Notes: generated from the letters alone by a model not told the origin. A stretch of 64,000 nt of DNA from an uncultured Acidimicrobiia bacterium (GCA_963786955.1 CAWBAT010000005.1:1248001-1312000), one strand, 5' to 3'; shown: positions 1 through 10,456, numbered from the stretch's first letter. A program made the numbers and translations.

Positions 1-290
1 AAATTGTTGTCTTTGAGAATGAGGAATACGCTTTACAAAGCTTAGATCCGGGCTTGATCACTACAACGACCAGCGTGTCAGTCGGCGAAACTGGGACAAA
101 CGGCAGGGTTTCTTTGAAGAAGATTGGCAAGTTAGCTGCCCAAGAGGCGGAAAAACAATTGATTCTCAAAACCTTGTTGGAAACCCGTTGGAATCGCAAA
201 AAGGCAGCCGATCTTTTGGAAATCAGTTACAAGGCATTACTTTATAAGATTAAACAGGCGGGTTTGAGCAAAAAGAGGATCACGATCTAA
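1..290 (+). CDS. Sigma-54-dependent Fis-family transcriptional activator (NtrC/PrsR-like), C-terminal part; 5' end outside window
   Basis: Frame open from the window start; ends in a Fis-type HTH (AEKQLILKTLLETRWNRKKAADLLEISYKALLYKIK). Confidence 0.85.
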   Translation, partial: IVVFENEEYALQSLDPGLITTTTSVSVGETGTNGRVSLKKIGKLAAQEAEKQLILKTLLETRWNRKKAADLLEISYKALLYKIKQAGLSKKRITI

Positions 291-342
291 CGGGTTTCCC
301 CAAAACTCCAAGAAATTTTCAAACACCACGGAGAGACCGCTG

Positions 343-819
343 ATGACCAATACTCCTGAGGAAGTCCATAAGCCGGAATTCAAGGTGGCCGCTGAAAAGG
401 AGTTAAAGCGCTGCCTTCGATACCAAAATTTTGCCTCATTACTCTTATTAAGTGTTACGCCCGACACAATCTCTGCCGGATCCGACGGTTCTTCTGCCGT
501 GACGGGTGATAGGCTCATGGGGCTAATCAAAAACGCAGTTCGTGAAACAGATGTTATCGATTTAGATAAAGAAGGCTTAATAACAGTTTTGCTGCTCTAT
601 TCCGATAAAAAGGTGGCTCAACGCGTTGGGGACCGTTTGCAAGATTGGATCTCTAACTACGTCGATGGGAAGAGGAATTCAGGCTCTCCAAGAGTCCATT
701 CTGGAGGGGCTTGTTTCCCTTCACACGCAACTGATTATGGAACGCTGTTTCAATTGGCGTTCGAGATGGTAGAAAAAGCCAGGAACTCAGGGAAAACACA
801 GGTGCAGATCTTCGAGTAG
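343..819 (+). CDS. Stand-alone degenerate GGDEF-domain protein
   Basis: GGDEF-like layout (ELKRCLRY..ASLLLL, VRETDVI, GGACFPSHA..LFQLA..AR..GK), but the GGDEF signature is missing; RxxD (RETD) is retained. Confidence 0.7.
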   Translation: MTNTPEEVHKPEFKVAAEKELKRCLRYQNFASLLLLSVTPDTISAGSDGSSAVTGDRLMGLIKNAVRETDVIDLDKEGLITVLLLYSDKKVAQRVGDRLQDWISNYVDGKRNSGSPRVHSGGACFPSHATDYGTLFQLAFEMVEKARNSGKTQVQIFE

Positions 820-875
820 GTCTAGACCTACTTTGCCTTAGTTAAAAAGCAAGTTGGACGCTAGGTGGGTAAGTT

Positions 876-1526
876 ATGTTAATTCAAGAGATTACACTTA
901 AGAAAGCCCTGCTCTTCACAATCCTGTTAGGGGTACTAGTCTTGACGACGACATTTGTAGCAGATGAGAAGAGCGAGGATAAGAAGGATTCTTCAGAGTC
1001 CACAACGGTTCTAACAGGCCCTCAGAAATCTCCTGATCAGATGGCAGGAGACTTCGTGATAGGTCCCGGCGACATGTTGCATATATTCGTTTGGAAAGAG
1101 CCGGATCTATCCAAGGATGTCCCAGTTAGGCCAGATGGCAAGATCTCATTGCCTTTAGTCAATGATGTTCAAGCAAGCGGGTTAAGTGCGATGCAATTGA
1201 AGAACACGCTTGAAGAAAAACTCTCAAAATTTATCAACGACCCCAATGTGACGGTTACCGTTCAAACAGTCACCAGCCATAAAGTTATTCTCATGGGGGA
1301 AGTCACTCTCCCGGGTCCGCGTCCTTTGGCAGGGCCGATGAGAGTCATGGATATCTTGGCAACGACCGGATTTACTCCCTTTTCAAAGACCACCAAAGTC
1401 TATGTCCTGAGAAATGAAGACGGGAAACAGCAGAAGTTTGCATTCAATTATAAGGATTATTTGAAAGGTAAAAATCCAGAGCAGAACATTTTGCTAAAAA
1501 ACGGAGATACGATCGTCGTCCCTTGA
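876..1526 (+). CDS. wza: Polysaccharide export protein, Wza/OPX family
   Basis: FVIGPGDMLHIFVWKEPDLS..VRPDGKISLPLV Poly_export motif, SLBB-like C-terminus, N-terminal hydrophobic segment. Confidence 0.9.
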   Translation: MLIQEITLKKALLFTILLGVLVLTTTFVADEKSEDKKDSSESTTVLTGPQKSPDQMAGDFVIGPGDMLHIFVWKEPDLSKDVPVRPDGKISLPLVNDVQASGLSAMQLKNTLEEKLSKFINDPNVTVTVQTVTSHKVILMGEVTLPGPRPLAGPMRVMDILATTGFTPFSKTTKVYVLRNEDGKQQKFAFNYKDYLKGKNPEQNILLKNGDTIVVP

Positions 1527-1555
1527 CTTGATAGGGACGGGATCGGCTAACGCTT

Positions 1556-3004
1556 ATGACTGAAACTACTAAGAAATTTGTGCTCTACACTGTCCTGGCG
1601 CTTGCCACGATGGGCTTTGTTTTCGAAATGTCGGTCTCCGCCCAGTCCCAGCCAGCGGCGCAAAACACAGCGGGCGTGCAGGGCCAGTTGCCATCGACGA
1701 GTACAGCCGCAGATGAATTCAGAACTCCGTCGGCCAACGCGCTGGGCAGCATTTTCTTTGAGTCAAGAAATTCGCTCATTTTTTCTCTTGGAGCCGCGGA
1801 ATCTTTTACTAATAACCTTTATTATTCGGGGCTTTCCTATGTGCAATATGGCAATGGGTCGGGGTACACGGGAGACTATTTTCCGATAACTTCTCTTACG
1901 GGACGTGTGGCCTATCAACGCGAAACGCAAAAGACAACTCTGGGAATTGACTACGGGGTTGGTTACGGAATAATTACCAAGGCAGGCCCGAATAATTTCC
2001 TCTCGCAAGACGGCGGTATTTATTTAACTCAGCGCGTCACGCCACGGTTTAATTTCAACATTTCGAGTTCGGCCTACGTCTCCCCATTTACGAATCGATC
2101 CTATTCTCCGGAAGGGATTCTCCCCCCTTTGAGTCCAAACATAGTTCCCAATAACTCGCAGATTATGGGTTATGGTCGGGCGATTGGAAGTACAACGGCT
2201 GGAGGATTCACCTATGAACTGAGCCGCCGGTCTAGTTTTAACACGAACCTTTATTATACCCTGACAAGATACCAGCAGGTTGGGTCTTACTCAATGAACC
2301 AGCCCGGTGTAAATGCTCAATATAGTTACCGGCTGAAAGAGCGGACCAGCATGCAGTTGGGATACTTGTTCAGCTACTACAGTTATGATGATCGACAGGC
2401 GCTTTCAGGCGGTAAGCTTTCTGAAGGGAGCAGTATTTACCGAAATCATTTCCCTTACATTGGGCTCACCCAGCAAATCACACCTGCGATTTCCGGGTCA
2501 ATTCAGGTCGGGCCTAACTTTATCATCGGAAATCCCATTTATTATGTTGGAGGAGGAACCGGCGCACGTCCCGGGCCTTTCCTGGGTGTCAATGGCACTC
2601 TTACATTCAGCGAAGCCGTCTCTCATGACCCGAGAACTTTCTACTCAATCAATTTGGGACAAGTGACGAGTGACGGCTCCGGCCTTGGCTATGTTACCGT
2701 CACGCGAAATGTCGGAGGCTCTGTGGGCCACCTTTTTACAAAGAAGCTATTGGGTTCCATTAATGGGGGCTATTCACACAACCAATACCCAATGAACCTC
2801 GATTCGAGCGGTCAGTCCTTGTTGGCCAACACTATCTCGGCTGGAGCCTTCTTAAGGTTGAATACGAGCCAAAGGTTTCAGGTATATGCTAACTACATTT
2901 ACGTCCGCCAATTATCTGAAGGATTTAGCGGATACATACCGGGGAATGGATTTGGAAACACGTTTACGATTGGAATCAACTACCTTCATCCAATCTTCTT
3001 TTGA
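1556..3004 (+). CDS. Outer-membrane beta-barrel protein associated with EPS export
   Basis: Signal peptide, alternating aromatic/Gly beta-strand pattern, aromatic C-terminus (GINYLHPIFF); lies between wza and the chain-length gene. Confidence 0.7.
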   Translation: MTETTKKFVLYTVLALATMGFVFEMSVSAQSQPAAQNTAGVQGQLPSTSTAADEFRTPSANALGSIFFESRNSLIFSLGAAESFTNNLYYSGLSYVQYGNGSGYTGDYFPITSLTGRVAYQRETQKTTLGIDYGVGYGIITKAGPNNFLSQDGGIYLTQRVTPRFNFNISSSAYVSPFTNRSYSPEGILPPLSPNIVPNNSQIMGYGRAIGSTTAGGFTYELSRRSSFNTNLYYTLTRYQQVGSYSMNQPGVNAQYSYRLKERTSMQLGYLFSYYSYDDRQALSGGKLSEGSSIYRNHFPYIGLTQQITPAISGSIQVGPNFIIGNPIYYVGGGTGARPGPFLGVNGTLTFSEAVSHDPRTFYSINLGQVTSDGSGLGYVTVTRNVGGSVGHLFTKKLLGSINGGYSHNQYPMNLDSSGQSLLANTISAGAFLRLNTSQRFQVYANYIYVRQLSEGFSGYIPGNGFGNTFTIGINYLHPIFF

Positions 3005-3032
3005 TGTTTACTGCTAAGAGTGGGGCGACCCG

Positions 3033-4610
3033 ATGAAAGACATCCAGAACCTGCAGGTACAGGATTACATAGAGATCATTAAGAGGCGAGTCTTGTGGAT
3101 TCTTGTTCCGGCGCTATTGGTTAGTTTGGCTACTTATCTTTATGTCAGAACTCTTCCGAATGTTTATCTGTCGGAAACAGTCATTTTGGTGGAAGCACCG
3201 AAGATTCCCGTCGAGTATGTGAGGTCAACGGCTTCGGCTATCCAAAACTTACTGTCAACAATATCTCAGCAAATCATGAGTAGAACAAGACTCGAAAAGA
3301 TCATCATTGAAAACAATCTTTATTTTGAGAAACGCAAGAAATCTCCAATGGAAGATGTTGTTGAGGGGATGCGAAAGGAGATTGAGCTAAAGGTCACTAA
3401 AGCGGAGGGACGATCCGCTGATTCGTTTACGTTATCTTACGAAACCTATAGTCCAGAAATTGCTCAAAGAGTGACTTCCCAGCTTGCCTCACTCTATATC
3501 GAAGAGAATCTAAAAAATCGCGAAGAGCAGACCGAAGACGTGACCCAGTTTCTGGATTCTCAGTTGAAAGAGACCGAGACAAAGCTCAACCAACTTGAAA
3601 TAAGACTAGGCGAATTCAAATCTCGCAATATGGGCGCGCTCCCTGAACAGGAAAATGCGAACATTGCAGTTTTGAATGGCTTGCAACAGCAATTGCAGGC
3701 CAACATTGATTCTACCAATCGGCTCGAGGATCAGAAAACCTATCAGAATAGGCTCCTGTCGGAGCTGAGATCGCTCGGGAATCTTGCAAAATCCCGAAGA
3801 TCAGATGCATCATCGGCATCCAAAGCGGCGCCGTCATTGCCGAATGGACCTCAATCGGAGCTGGAAGGGCTCAAGACCCAAAGAGACATTCTCCTGAGCC
3901 GATATACTAAAGACCATCCCGATGTCCGGAAGTTGGAGTTACAGATCGCGCAGTTGGAGAGGACGATACCCACTACTAGGGAAACTCCGTTGCAGAATGG
4001 ATTACCCGACGCAAATTCAGGAGCAGCAGTCGCACAGCCGGATCTTGAGTCGGCACAGATCAAAAACCAGATTGAAGTCTTAGATCAGCAGCTTAAACGG
4101 GGCTTGATTGAACAGCAAAGAATTCGGGCGCAAATCGGATCTTATCAAGTTCGCGTGGACTCTTCACCGAGGGTTGAACAGCAGCAAAAGGAAATCAGCC
4201 GAGATTACGACATCACCAAGCAGCATTACCAGACACTGCTTGCAAAGAGGAATGACGCGGCAATGGCCACAAACTTGGAGAAACGTCAGAAAGGAGAGCA
4301 ATTTCGGATTATTGACCCGGCCAGTTTCCCGGAGAAACCCACAAAGCCGGATCGGTTAAGACTCAATCTATTTGGACTTCTCGCGGGGCTTGCGATTGGT
4401 TTTGGAATAGCCTTGAGTCTAGAGCTTGCCGACGAATCCATAAGAAGCGAACACGAACTAGCTCGCTTGACCAGTTTGCCCGTATTGGCTTCCATACCAG
4501 TCATTTCAACGGTATATCCAACCGATCCGGGAAGCCGCTTGGATCCGGTCCCGAACAAAGCTTTTACAATGTTTGCTAAAAGTGACAAGCATCAAAAGCA
4601 ATCTGTTTGA
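3033..4610 (+). CDS. Polysaccharide chain-length determinant (Wzc/GumC periplasmic part, XrtA-system type)
   Basis: N-terminal TM, long coiled coil, YTKDHPDV motif, KGEQFRIIDPA..PEKP, second TM. Confidence 0.9.
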   Translation: MKDIQNLQVQDYIEIIKRRVLWILVPALLVSLATYLYVRTLPNVYLSETVILVEAPKIPVEYVRSTASAIQNLLSTISQQIMSRTRLEKIIIENNLYFEKRKKSPMEDVVEGMRKEIELKVTKAEGRSADSFTLSYETYSPEIAQRVTSQLASLYIEENLKNREEQTEDVTQFLDSQLKETETKLNQLEIRLGEFKSRNMGALPEQENANIAVLNGLQQQLQANIDSTNRLEDQKTYQNRLLSELRSLGNLAKSRRSDASSASKAAPSLPNGPQSELEGLKTQRDILLSRYTKDHPDVRKLELQIAQLERTIPTTRETPLQNGLPDANSGAAVAQPDLESAQIKNQIEVLDQQLKRGLIEQQRIRAQIGSYQVRVDSSPRVEQQQKEISRDYDITKQHYQTLLAKRNDAAMATNLEKRQKGEQFRIIDPASFPEKPTKPDRLRLNLFGLLAGLAIGFGIALSLELADESIRSEHELARLTSLPVLASIPVISTVYPTDPGSRLDPVPNKAFTMFAKSDKHQKQSV

Positions 4611-4628
4611 GTGTTATTGAGGAGGCCT

Positions 4629-5618
4629 ATGTACGAGGGGTTCTACAACCTAAAAGAAAAACCTTTTAACCTGAGCCCTGACCCGCGTTTCATTTACTTT
4701 ACCGAAAGGCATTGTGAAGCGCTGGCAAACCTGGTTTATGGGATTCGAGAGCGGAAAGGGTTTATGGTTCTCTCGGGAGAAGTGGGTACAGGAAAAACCA
4801 CCCTGGTCAATGCGCTTCTCGACACCCTGGACCGGTCAGGTGTTTTGACAGCCTTTATTTTTAACCCCATTCTCACCAGCCCGGAGTTTTTTGAATACTT
4901 GCTGACAGACCTTAATCTGAAAGCCGATCCCCGCTCGAAGAGTCAGGCATTAATTAAACTCAATTCCCTCCTCTTAGAAAGATATCGAATGGGCCAGGCT
5001 ACCGTATTGATCATCGACGAATCACAGAATCTCAGCTCCGAAATTCTTGAAGAGATTCGGCTGCTGACGAACCTGGAGACCGCAACGGAGAAGTTGCTCC
5101 AAATTGTTTTGGTCGGCCAGCCGGAATTGAGCCTTAAACTCAACTCACCTGAGTTGCGCCAATTGAAGCAGCGCATTAGCTTGCGTTGTAATCTGGATCC
5201 TCTAACTCTCTATGAGACCAAAGAATACATCAAGACCCGGCTTGAGATTGCCGGTTTATCGGATCAGCAGATTTTTGCCGACAACGTCGTGGCTGAAATC
5301 TATCGCTGCTCGGGAGGGATTCCGCGGCTGGTCAACACGATTTGTGACAACGCCCTGCTGACTGGTTACGCCTGCGACGCAACATCCATAGAAGTTGAAA
5401 TCATTCGGGAGGTAGCCGAGGATCTCGAACTGGCTGATATCCATCACCATCCACTCCGCAGAGCAACACCTTCCCGGCAACAGAGTTTTTCCAGTTCCGA
5501 AAGTAAGAATTTTTTTGAACCGAAAATTGCTGAACAAGAAGAAGAAAGTCAGCGTGAGGATCCTTCCTTTGACCTGTTTGTGCAATTTGTAGACAAGTTG
5601 AAAACACGAGGCAAGTAA
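4629..5618 (+). CDS. ExeA-family AAA ATPase (PEP-CTERM/XrtA-locus type)
   Basis: MYEGFYNLKEKPFNLSPDP start, Walker A GEVGTGKT, Walker B LIIDESQ, LVGQPEL, SGGIPRLVN; GGAGG upstream of ATG 4629. Confidence 0.9.
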   Translation: MYEGFYNLKEKPFNLSPDPRFIYFTERHCEALANLVYGIRERKGFMVLSGEVGTGKTTLVNALLDTLDRSGVLTAFIFNPILTSPEFFEYLLTDLNLKADPRSKSQALIKLNSLLLERYRMGQATVLIIDESQNLSSEILEEIRLLTNLETATEKLLQIVLVGQPELSLKLNSPELRQLKQRISLRCNLDPLTLYETKEYIKTRLEIAGLSDQQIFADNVVAEIYRCSGGIPRLVNTICDNALLTGYACDATSIEVEIIREVAEDLELADIHHHPLRRATPSRQQSFSSSESKNFFEPKIAEQEEESQREDPSFDLFVQFVDKLKTRGK

Positions 5619-5626
5619 GAAAACCT

Positions 5627-6535
5627 ATGAGTCGAATTCATGAGGCTATTCGAAAGGCAGAGCGGGAAAACCCTAATGGGAAGTCTGTTGTTCCTGGAAT
5701 GCGGCAAGCCCTTTCTGAGTTCATTAAGGGCGAGATTCTCTCAACAAGGCCAGCCGAACAGGAGCGGCTTCAGGGCAAAGCTCGTCTCATGGAGCCAAAC
5801 CCTAAAGTTGAAAGGAAAGTAAATTCTGATACCTTTCCGCTACCGATCGCACATGAATTTAGGCTGGTGAGTATTTTGGCTCCTAAGTCAGTACCCAGCG
5901 AGCAGTATCGTTCGCTCAAAGCGAAATTCTATCGAGTTAGAAATGAACGCCGTTTGAAATCGATCTTAGTCACTAGTGCAGCCCCTGGGGAGGGTAAGAC
6001 CTTGACGGCTGTCAACCTGGCGCTGACGTTTGCCCAGGAGATTGACAAAAAAGTGCTTCTGATCGATTGCGACCTGCGGAGGCCCTCTGTCCACAAGCTC
6101 ATCGGTTTGGATCAACCCCAAGGCCTGGCAGACTTCCTCGCGAAAAAAATTTCTTCATCAGAAGCTATTGTAGCTACGAGAATCTCCAACTTTTCTGTCA
6201 TGCCGGCGGGTCGAATTCCGGAGAACCCGGCTGAACTGCTAAACACCCAAGCGATGCGTGATTTTGTGGCTGCTTCTTCAGAAGAGTACGATTGGGTGAT
6301 CCTGGACTCTCCCCCACTCATCCCCCTGGCGGACACCGAAACGATTTCATCTATGGTGGATGGAATCATGCTGGTTGTCCGGGCCAACCAAACTCCGGCA
6401 TCTTTGATAACAAGCTGTGTTGAGAAGCTCAAAGGAAAGAACATCTTGGGTTTTGTTTTTAACGGTTCGAAGCTATCTCAGAAATCAAAATACTATTACC
6501 AGTACGACTATTCAGATCAATCTCCGAAACTCTAG
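5627..6535 (+). CDS. CpsD/CapB-family tyrosine autokinase (BY-kinase)
   Basis: Walker A APGEGKT, LIDCDLRRP, ILDSPP, C-terminal Tyr cluster YYYQYDY. Confidence 0.92.
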   Translation: MSRIHEAIRKAERENPNGKSVVPGMRQALSEFIKGEILSTRPAEQERLQGKARLMEPNPKVERKVNSDTFPLPIAHEFRLVSILAPKSVPSEQYRSLKAKFYRVRNERRLKSILVTSAAPGEGKTLTAVNLALTFAQEIDKKVLLIDCDLRRPSVHKLIGLDQPQGLADFLAKKISSSEAIVATRISNFSVMPAGRIPENPAELLNTQAMRDFVAASSEEYDWVILDSPPLIPLADTETISSMVDGIMLVVRANQTPASLITSCVEKLKGKNILGFVFNGSKLSQKSKYYYQYDYSDQSPKL

Positions 6536-6538
6536 CTT

Positions 6539-7933
6539 ATGTTGAGGAATTTCAACTATTACTTTCCTCGTCGCACGATTTTTCTCGTGGTCTCAGAGAA
6601 TCTGCTGATTTTTGGAATTATTCAGTTGGCGGTCTTCATGAGATCAGGGTTTGAGACAGGTTCTGGAGTAAATTCTCTGAACTTGATGGCGAGAGTCGTT
6701 TTGATCACATTAGTCTGCCAGATGTCTCTCTATTATCACGATCTTTACGATCTCCGTATCGTCAAAGAGAGCAAGGAACTCTTTGTCCGTCTCATTCAGT
6801 CTGTGGGCATTTCAGCTATTTTGGTGGCCGGAATCTATCTCGTTTTCCCATCAACGTTTCTGGGTCAGGGGGTATTCGTCTTATCAACGCTTTTTCTGTT
6901 GACGTTGCTTTCAGTATGGCGAGTCACCTTCAGGAAGCTGAGCCAAATTCGGGACTTGAAGAAACCCCTCGTGATTTTGGGTATGGGCCATCTGGCAGAG
7001 AAACTTTACGCCGAGATACTCAGTCGTCCCGAAGTGGGGGTTCGTATTGTCGGATTCATCTCTGACGACCCGGAAACAAGGGGAAATTCTGTAAATAGCC
7101 TCCCAGTGCTTGGTTATACTTCTGAGTTGCTCCAACTGGTTGCGCGGGAGAAAGTGGCCGGACTGGTTGTCGCAATGCCTGAAAGCCGTGGGAAATTGCC
7201 CGTCCGGGAATTGCTGGAATTGAAGCTCCAAGGTGTCTCGATTGAAGAAGCCACTTCACTGTACGAACAAATCACCGGGAAGATTGCTGTCGAGAATTTG
7301 CGCCCGAGCTGGCTGATCTTTTCCCATGGATTTAAAAAGTCCAGACTGGCGCTTTTTTACAAGCGAGTTTTTGGAATTGTTTTCTCACTGGTTGGATTGT
7401 TGATTTGTTCTCCATTGATGGCTGTAGTTGCCGTGCTGATCAAGCTGGATTCCAAAGGCCCGGTTTTTTTCAAGCAACAACGGGTTGGGGAGAATGGCAA
7501 GGTATTCGAACTTTTGAAGTTTCGATCCATGTACCACAACGCTGAAACGAAAACGGGCCCTATCTGGGCGCAGAAAAATGATGCCCGAGTGACGCGGGTC
7601 GGAAATTTGATAAGAAGGATCCGGCTGGATGAGGTCCCTCAATTTATTAATGTATTGCTTGGTGACATGAGCTTTGTTGGCCCGAGACCTGAGCGCCCAA
7701 ACTTTGTCGAGCAATTGACGGAAGTGATCCCCTATTACAATCAGCGGCATACCGTCAAACCAGGGATTACGGGGTGGGCTCAAATCAAATTCCGCTATGG
7801 AAATACGATCGAAGATACATTGGAGAAACTACAATACGATCTTTTCTACATCAAGCACATGTCTATCTCTTTAGACCTCTTTATCATCTTACAGACGATT
7901 AAGATCGTCATGCAGGGACGGGGAGCTTATTAA
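6539..7933 (+). CDS. Priming undecaprenyl-phosphate sugar transferase (WcaJ-like, PEP-CTERM-locus type)
   Basis: N-terminal TMs, Rossmann-like middle, Bac_transf motifs KFRSM, RLDEVPQ, GPRPERP, KPGITGWAQ, KLQYDLFY. Confidence 0.92.
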   Translation: MLRNFNYYFPRRTIFLVVSENLLIFGIIQLAVFMRSGFETGSGVNSLNLMARVVLITLVCQMSLYYHDLYDLRIVKESKELFVRLIQSVGISAILVAGIYLVFPSTFLGQGVFVLSTLFLLTLLSVWRVTFRKLSQIRDLKKPLVILGMGHLAEKLYAEILSRPEVGVRIVGFISDDPETRGNSVNSLPVLGYTSELLQLVAREKVAGLVVAMPESRGKLPVRELLELKLQGVSIEEATSLYEQITGKIAVENLRPSWLIFSHGFKKSRLALFYKRVFGIVFSLVGLLICSPLMAVVAVLIKLDSKGPVFFKQQRVGENGKVFELLKFRSMYHNAETKTGPIWAQKNDARVTRVGNLIRRIRLDEVPQFINVLLGDMSFVGPRPERPNFVEQLTEVIPYYNQRHTVKPGITGWAQIKFRYGNTIEDTLEKLQYDLFYIKHMSISLDLFIILQTIKIVMQGRGAY

Positions 7934-7978
7934 TACAAACGCAGGAAGTAAAACTACACTTTGGGCCATCCTCGAATT

Positions 7979-8095
7979 GTTCTCCTTCACCCGGTCCGCC
8001 TGTTGGCGGACCACGCTCTCCCCCCGGGGAGTCAGCCAAACCTGCACATTTCCTACACGGAATGACTATACAAGGAGCCGGGGTGAGGGAGAAAT
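7979..8095. repeat. Imperfect intergenic inverted repeat (REP-like remnant)
   Basis: TTTCTCCTTCACCCGG at the left pairs imperfectly with CCGGGGTGAGGGAGAAA at the right; internal hairpin GGTCCGCC-tgtt-GGCGGACC. Confidence 0.5.
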
Positions 8096-8180
8096 TGTCA
8101 AAATACCTACTGCGTTTATATTAGTTCTGAGAATTGCTCATGTTTGAAGGCTGTAAATTCATCGCTGAGGCCATCTTCAA

Positions 8181-9485
8181 GTGCACATAACAGTAGTGGG
8201 CACAGGATACGTCGGGTTGGTGTCTGGAGCAGGATTCGCAGATTTTGGGCTTGACGTGACCTGTGTGGACTGTGATGAAACAAAAATCCAGGCTCTCGCA
8301 GATGGGGTGATCCCAATCTATGAGATCGGTTTAGAAGAAATCATTAGACGAAACGTCAAGAATCGCAGGCTACACTTCTCTACAGATCTGAAAACGGCTG
8401 TTCAAAGGTCGCTCGTCATCTTTATTGCTGTGGGCACGCCGGAAGGCGCCGATGGAAATCCGGATTTAAGTCAGGTTGAAACGGTTGCCCGCCAGTTGGC
8501 TGAATACATGGATGACTACAAAGTCATTGTCACGAAGAGCACGGTACCGATTGGAACCGGGAAATGGATCAAAAAGTTCATCCAGGATCACCAGAAAGAA
8601 AAGATTAATTTTGACGTGATTTCCAATCCCGAATTCCTTCGCGAAGGGTCAGCAATAGAAGATTTCATGCGACCTAATCGGGTCGTCATTGGAGCAGACA
8701 GTGAGCAGGCGGCGGCAATCGTAAAGGACATTTATCGTCCGCTTTATTTGATTGAAACCCCATTTGTGGTCACGAATCTGGAGACGGCTGAACTGAGCAA
8801 ATACGCCTCAAATGCATTTCTGGCAACCAAGATCACCTTTATCAATGAGGTAGCTAATCTTTGTGAAAAAGTTGGAGCGGATGTTCACGACGTTGCTCGG
8901 GCTATGGGTTTAGATAAGCGAATTGGGCCAAAATTTTTGCATCCAGGCCCAGGATACGGGGGGTCTTGCTTTCCCAAAGATACTCTTGCTTTGGCCAGAA
9001 TGGGAAGAAAATGTGGCTCTCCCCTCGGGATTGTAGATGCTGTAATCGAAGCAAACCGAAAACAGCGGGATATCATCATCGAGAAAATGGATCACGTTTT
9101 GGGGGGGCTTTCCGATAAGGTTTTTGGTGTGCTTGGGCTTTCTTTTAAGCCAAATACGGACGATGTTCGAGAGTCTCCTGCGATCGAAATATGTCATAGA
9201 CTGATGACAGTTGGTGCGTCGATCAGGGCTTATGATCCTGTTGCCATTCCCAACGCGAAAAGGCTGTTGAATGGAGATCGAATTGTATATTGCTCTGACA
9301 GCTACGAAGCTGCCTTAGGTGTCGATGCAATCTTGTTAGCGACAGAATGGAATGAATTTCGCAATATCGATTTAGAGAAGATCAAGTCGCTCATGAAGGC
9401 AGCTGTTATTTTCGATACAAGAAATGTTTTCGAGCCTGGGAAAATGCAGGCTCTTGGCTTTAGGTACTATGGCACAGGAAGATAG
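8181..9485 (+). CDS. ugd: UDP-glucose 6-dehydrogenase
   Basis: GTGYVG, SNPEFLREG, catalytic GYGGSCFPKD, FKPNTDDVRES. Confidence 0.95.
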   Translation: MHITVVGTGYVGLVSGAGFADFGLDVTCVDCDETKIQALADGVIPIYEIGLEEIIRRNVKNRRLHFSTDLKTAVQRSLVIFIAVGTPEGADGNPDLSQVETVARQLAEYMDDYKVIVTKSTVPIGTGKWIKKFIQDHQKEKINFDVISNPEFLREGSAIEDFMRPNRVVIGADSEQAAAIVKDIYRPLYLIETPFVVTNLETAELSKYASNAFLATKITFINEVANLCEKVGADVHDVARAMGLDKRIGPKFLHPGPGYGGSCFPKDTLALARMGRKCGSPLGIVDAVIEANRKQRDIIIEKMDHVLGGLSDKVFGVLGLSFKPNTDDVRESPAIEICHRLMTVGASIRAYDPVAIPNAKRLLNGDRIVYCSDSYEAALGVDAILLATEWNEFRNIDLEKIKSLMKAAVIFDTRNVFEPGKMQALGFRYYGTGR

Positions 9486-9492
9486 GTTACCC

Positions 9493-10059
9493 ATGGAAAG
9501 CGGCGAACTATTAAGTCTTGATCTCCCGCGATTCAAATTTCAAGAGGCACTTTTGGACAGGTCCCTGTCTCAGGCCAATTGGTATGCCATTTATACCCGC
9601 AGCCGGCACGAGCTCTATGTCAAGCGGCAACTGGATCATAAAGGGATCTCAAATCTCCTTCCTCTCTATGCAAAAGTAAGCCAATGGAAAGACCGCAAGA
9701 AAGAAATTCAGCTTCCCTTATTTCCAGGATATCTTTTCGTGCAAATCCCATTATTGGATCGGATGGCCGTATTGACGACATTTGGTGTCGTCTATATTGT
9801 GGGTGACGGATCAGCACCTCTACCGGTGCCGGAAGAGAACATAGACAGTATTCAAGCATTCTTAACCCAAGGGGTAAAGTGCGATCCTCATCCGTATTTG
9901 AACGTGGGGAACCGGGTACGGATCACTGAAGGTCCGCTGAGTGGCATTGAGGGAATCCTGATTCGAAAAAAGAAGCGAACCTTGCTGGTTGTATCTGTAG
10001 ATTTGATTCAGCGCTCAGTCTCGGTGGAAATCGAGAGCTGGAAGATCGAGCGAGTCTGA
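9493..10059 (+). CDS. UpxY/RfaH-like NusG-paralog transcription antiterminator
   Basis: NGN domain (WYAIYTRSRHE, PLFPGYLFV) plus KOW (GNRVRITEGPLSGIEG); sits upstream of a long polysaccharide operon. Confidence 0.9.
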   Translation: MESGELLSLDLPRFKFQEALLDRSLSQANWYAIYTRSRHELYVKRQLDHKGISNLLPLYAKVSQWKDRKKEIQLPLFPGYLFVQIPLLDRMAVLTTFGVVYIVGDGSAPLPVPEENIDSIQAFLTQGVKCDPHPYLNVGNRVRITEGPLSGIEGILIRKKKRTLLVVSVDLIQRSVSVEIESWKIERV

Positions 10060-10130
10060 GCCAGTCTTCAAGTATCTGAATTACTTTCAATCATTTACAG
10101 GGTTTTTGTCCTGTGACTGAGAAGGCGGAG

Positions 10131-10456
10131 CTGTATATACATGTGCTGGGTTGACGTCCTTTTTTGCACTCAGAGTTTGAGTATCCGCCGACTGTCAGAC
10201 GGTTGGCTTTCTTCTTATCGGCCGCGCTTTTCTGCTGCTCCTTGAACTTCACCTCTGCCTCACAATTCAGATTTTTTCTATGTGTGAAATTGTTGGAGAA
10301 GTAGATCCTCTAGCTTGTGACGAAGCTCAGTAGCTCCGCATGAGGGGTATGATGATCCATCGTGGCTCCAACGGGCGGTTCAGAGACGGGTAGTCGGATC
10401 AACTTCTTTTCCGTGGTTGTCGAATCTCCGGTGGCGTCCAAATTCAGAAGATACTT
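10131..10456 (+). pseudogene. Decayed duplicate: asnB leader and 5' end fused to an internal nadE-like fragment
   Basis: 10131-10370 aligns with 12636-12872 (ATGTGTGAAATTGTTGGAGAA.. with an in-frame TAG); 10371-10456 aligns with about 17239-17326 of the NadE-like gene. Confidence 0.85.
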
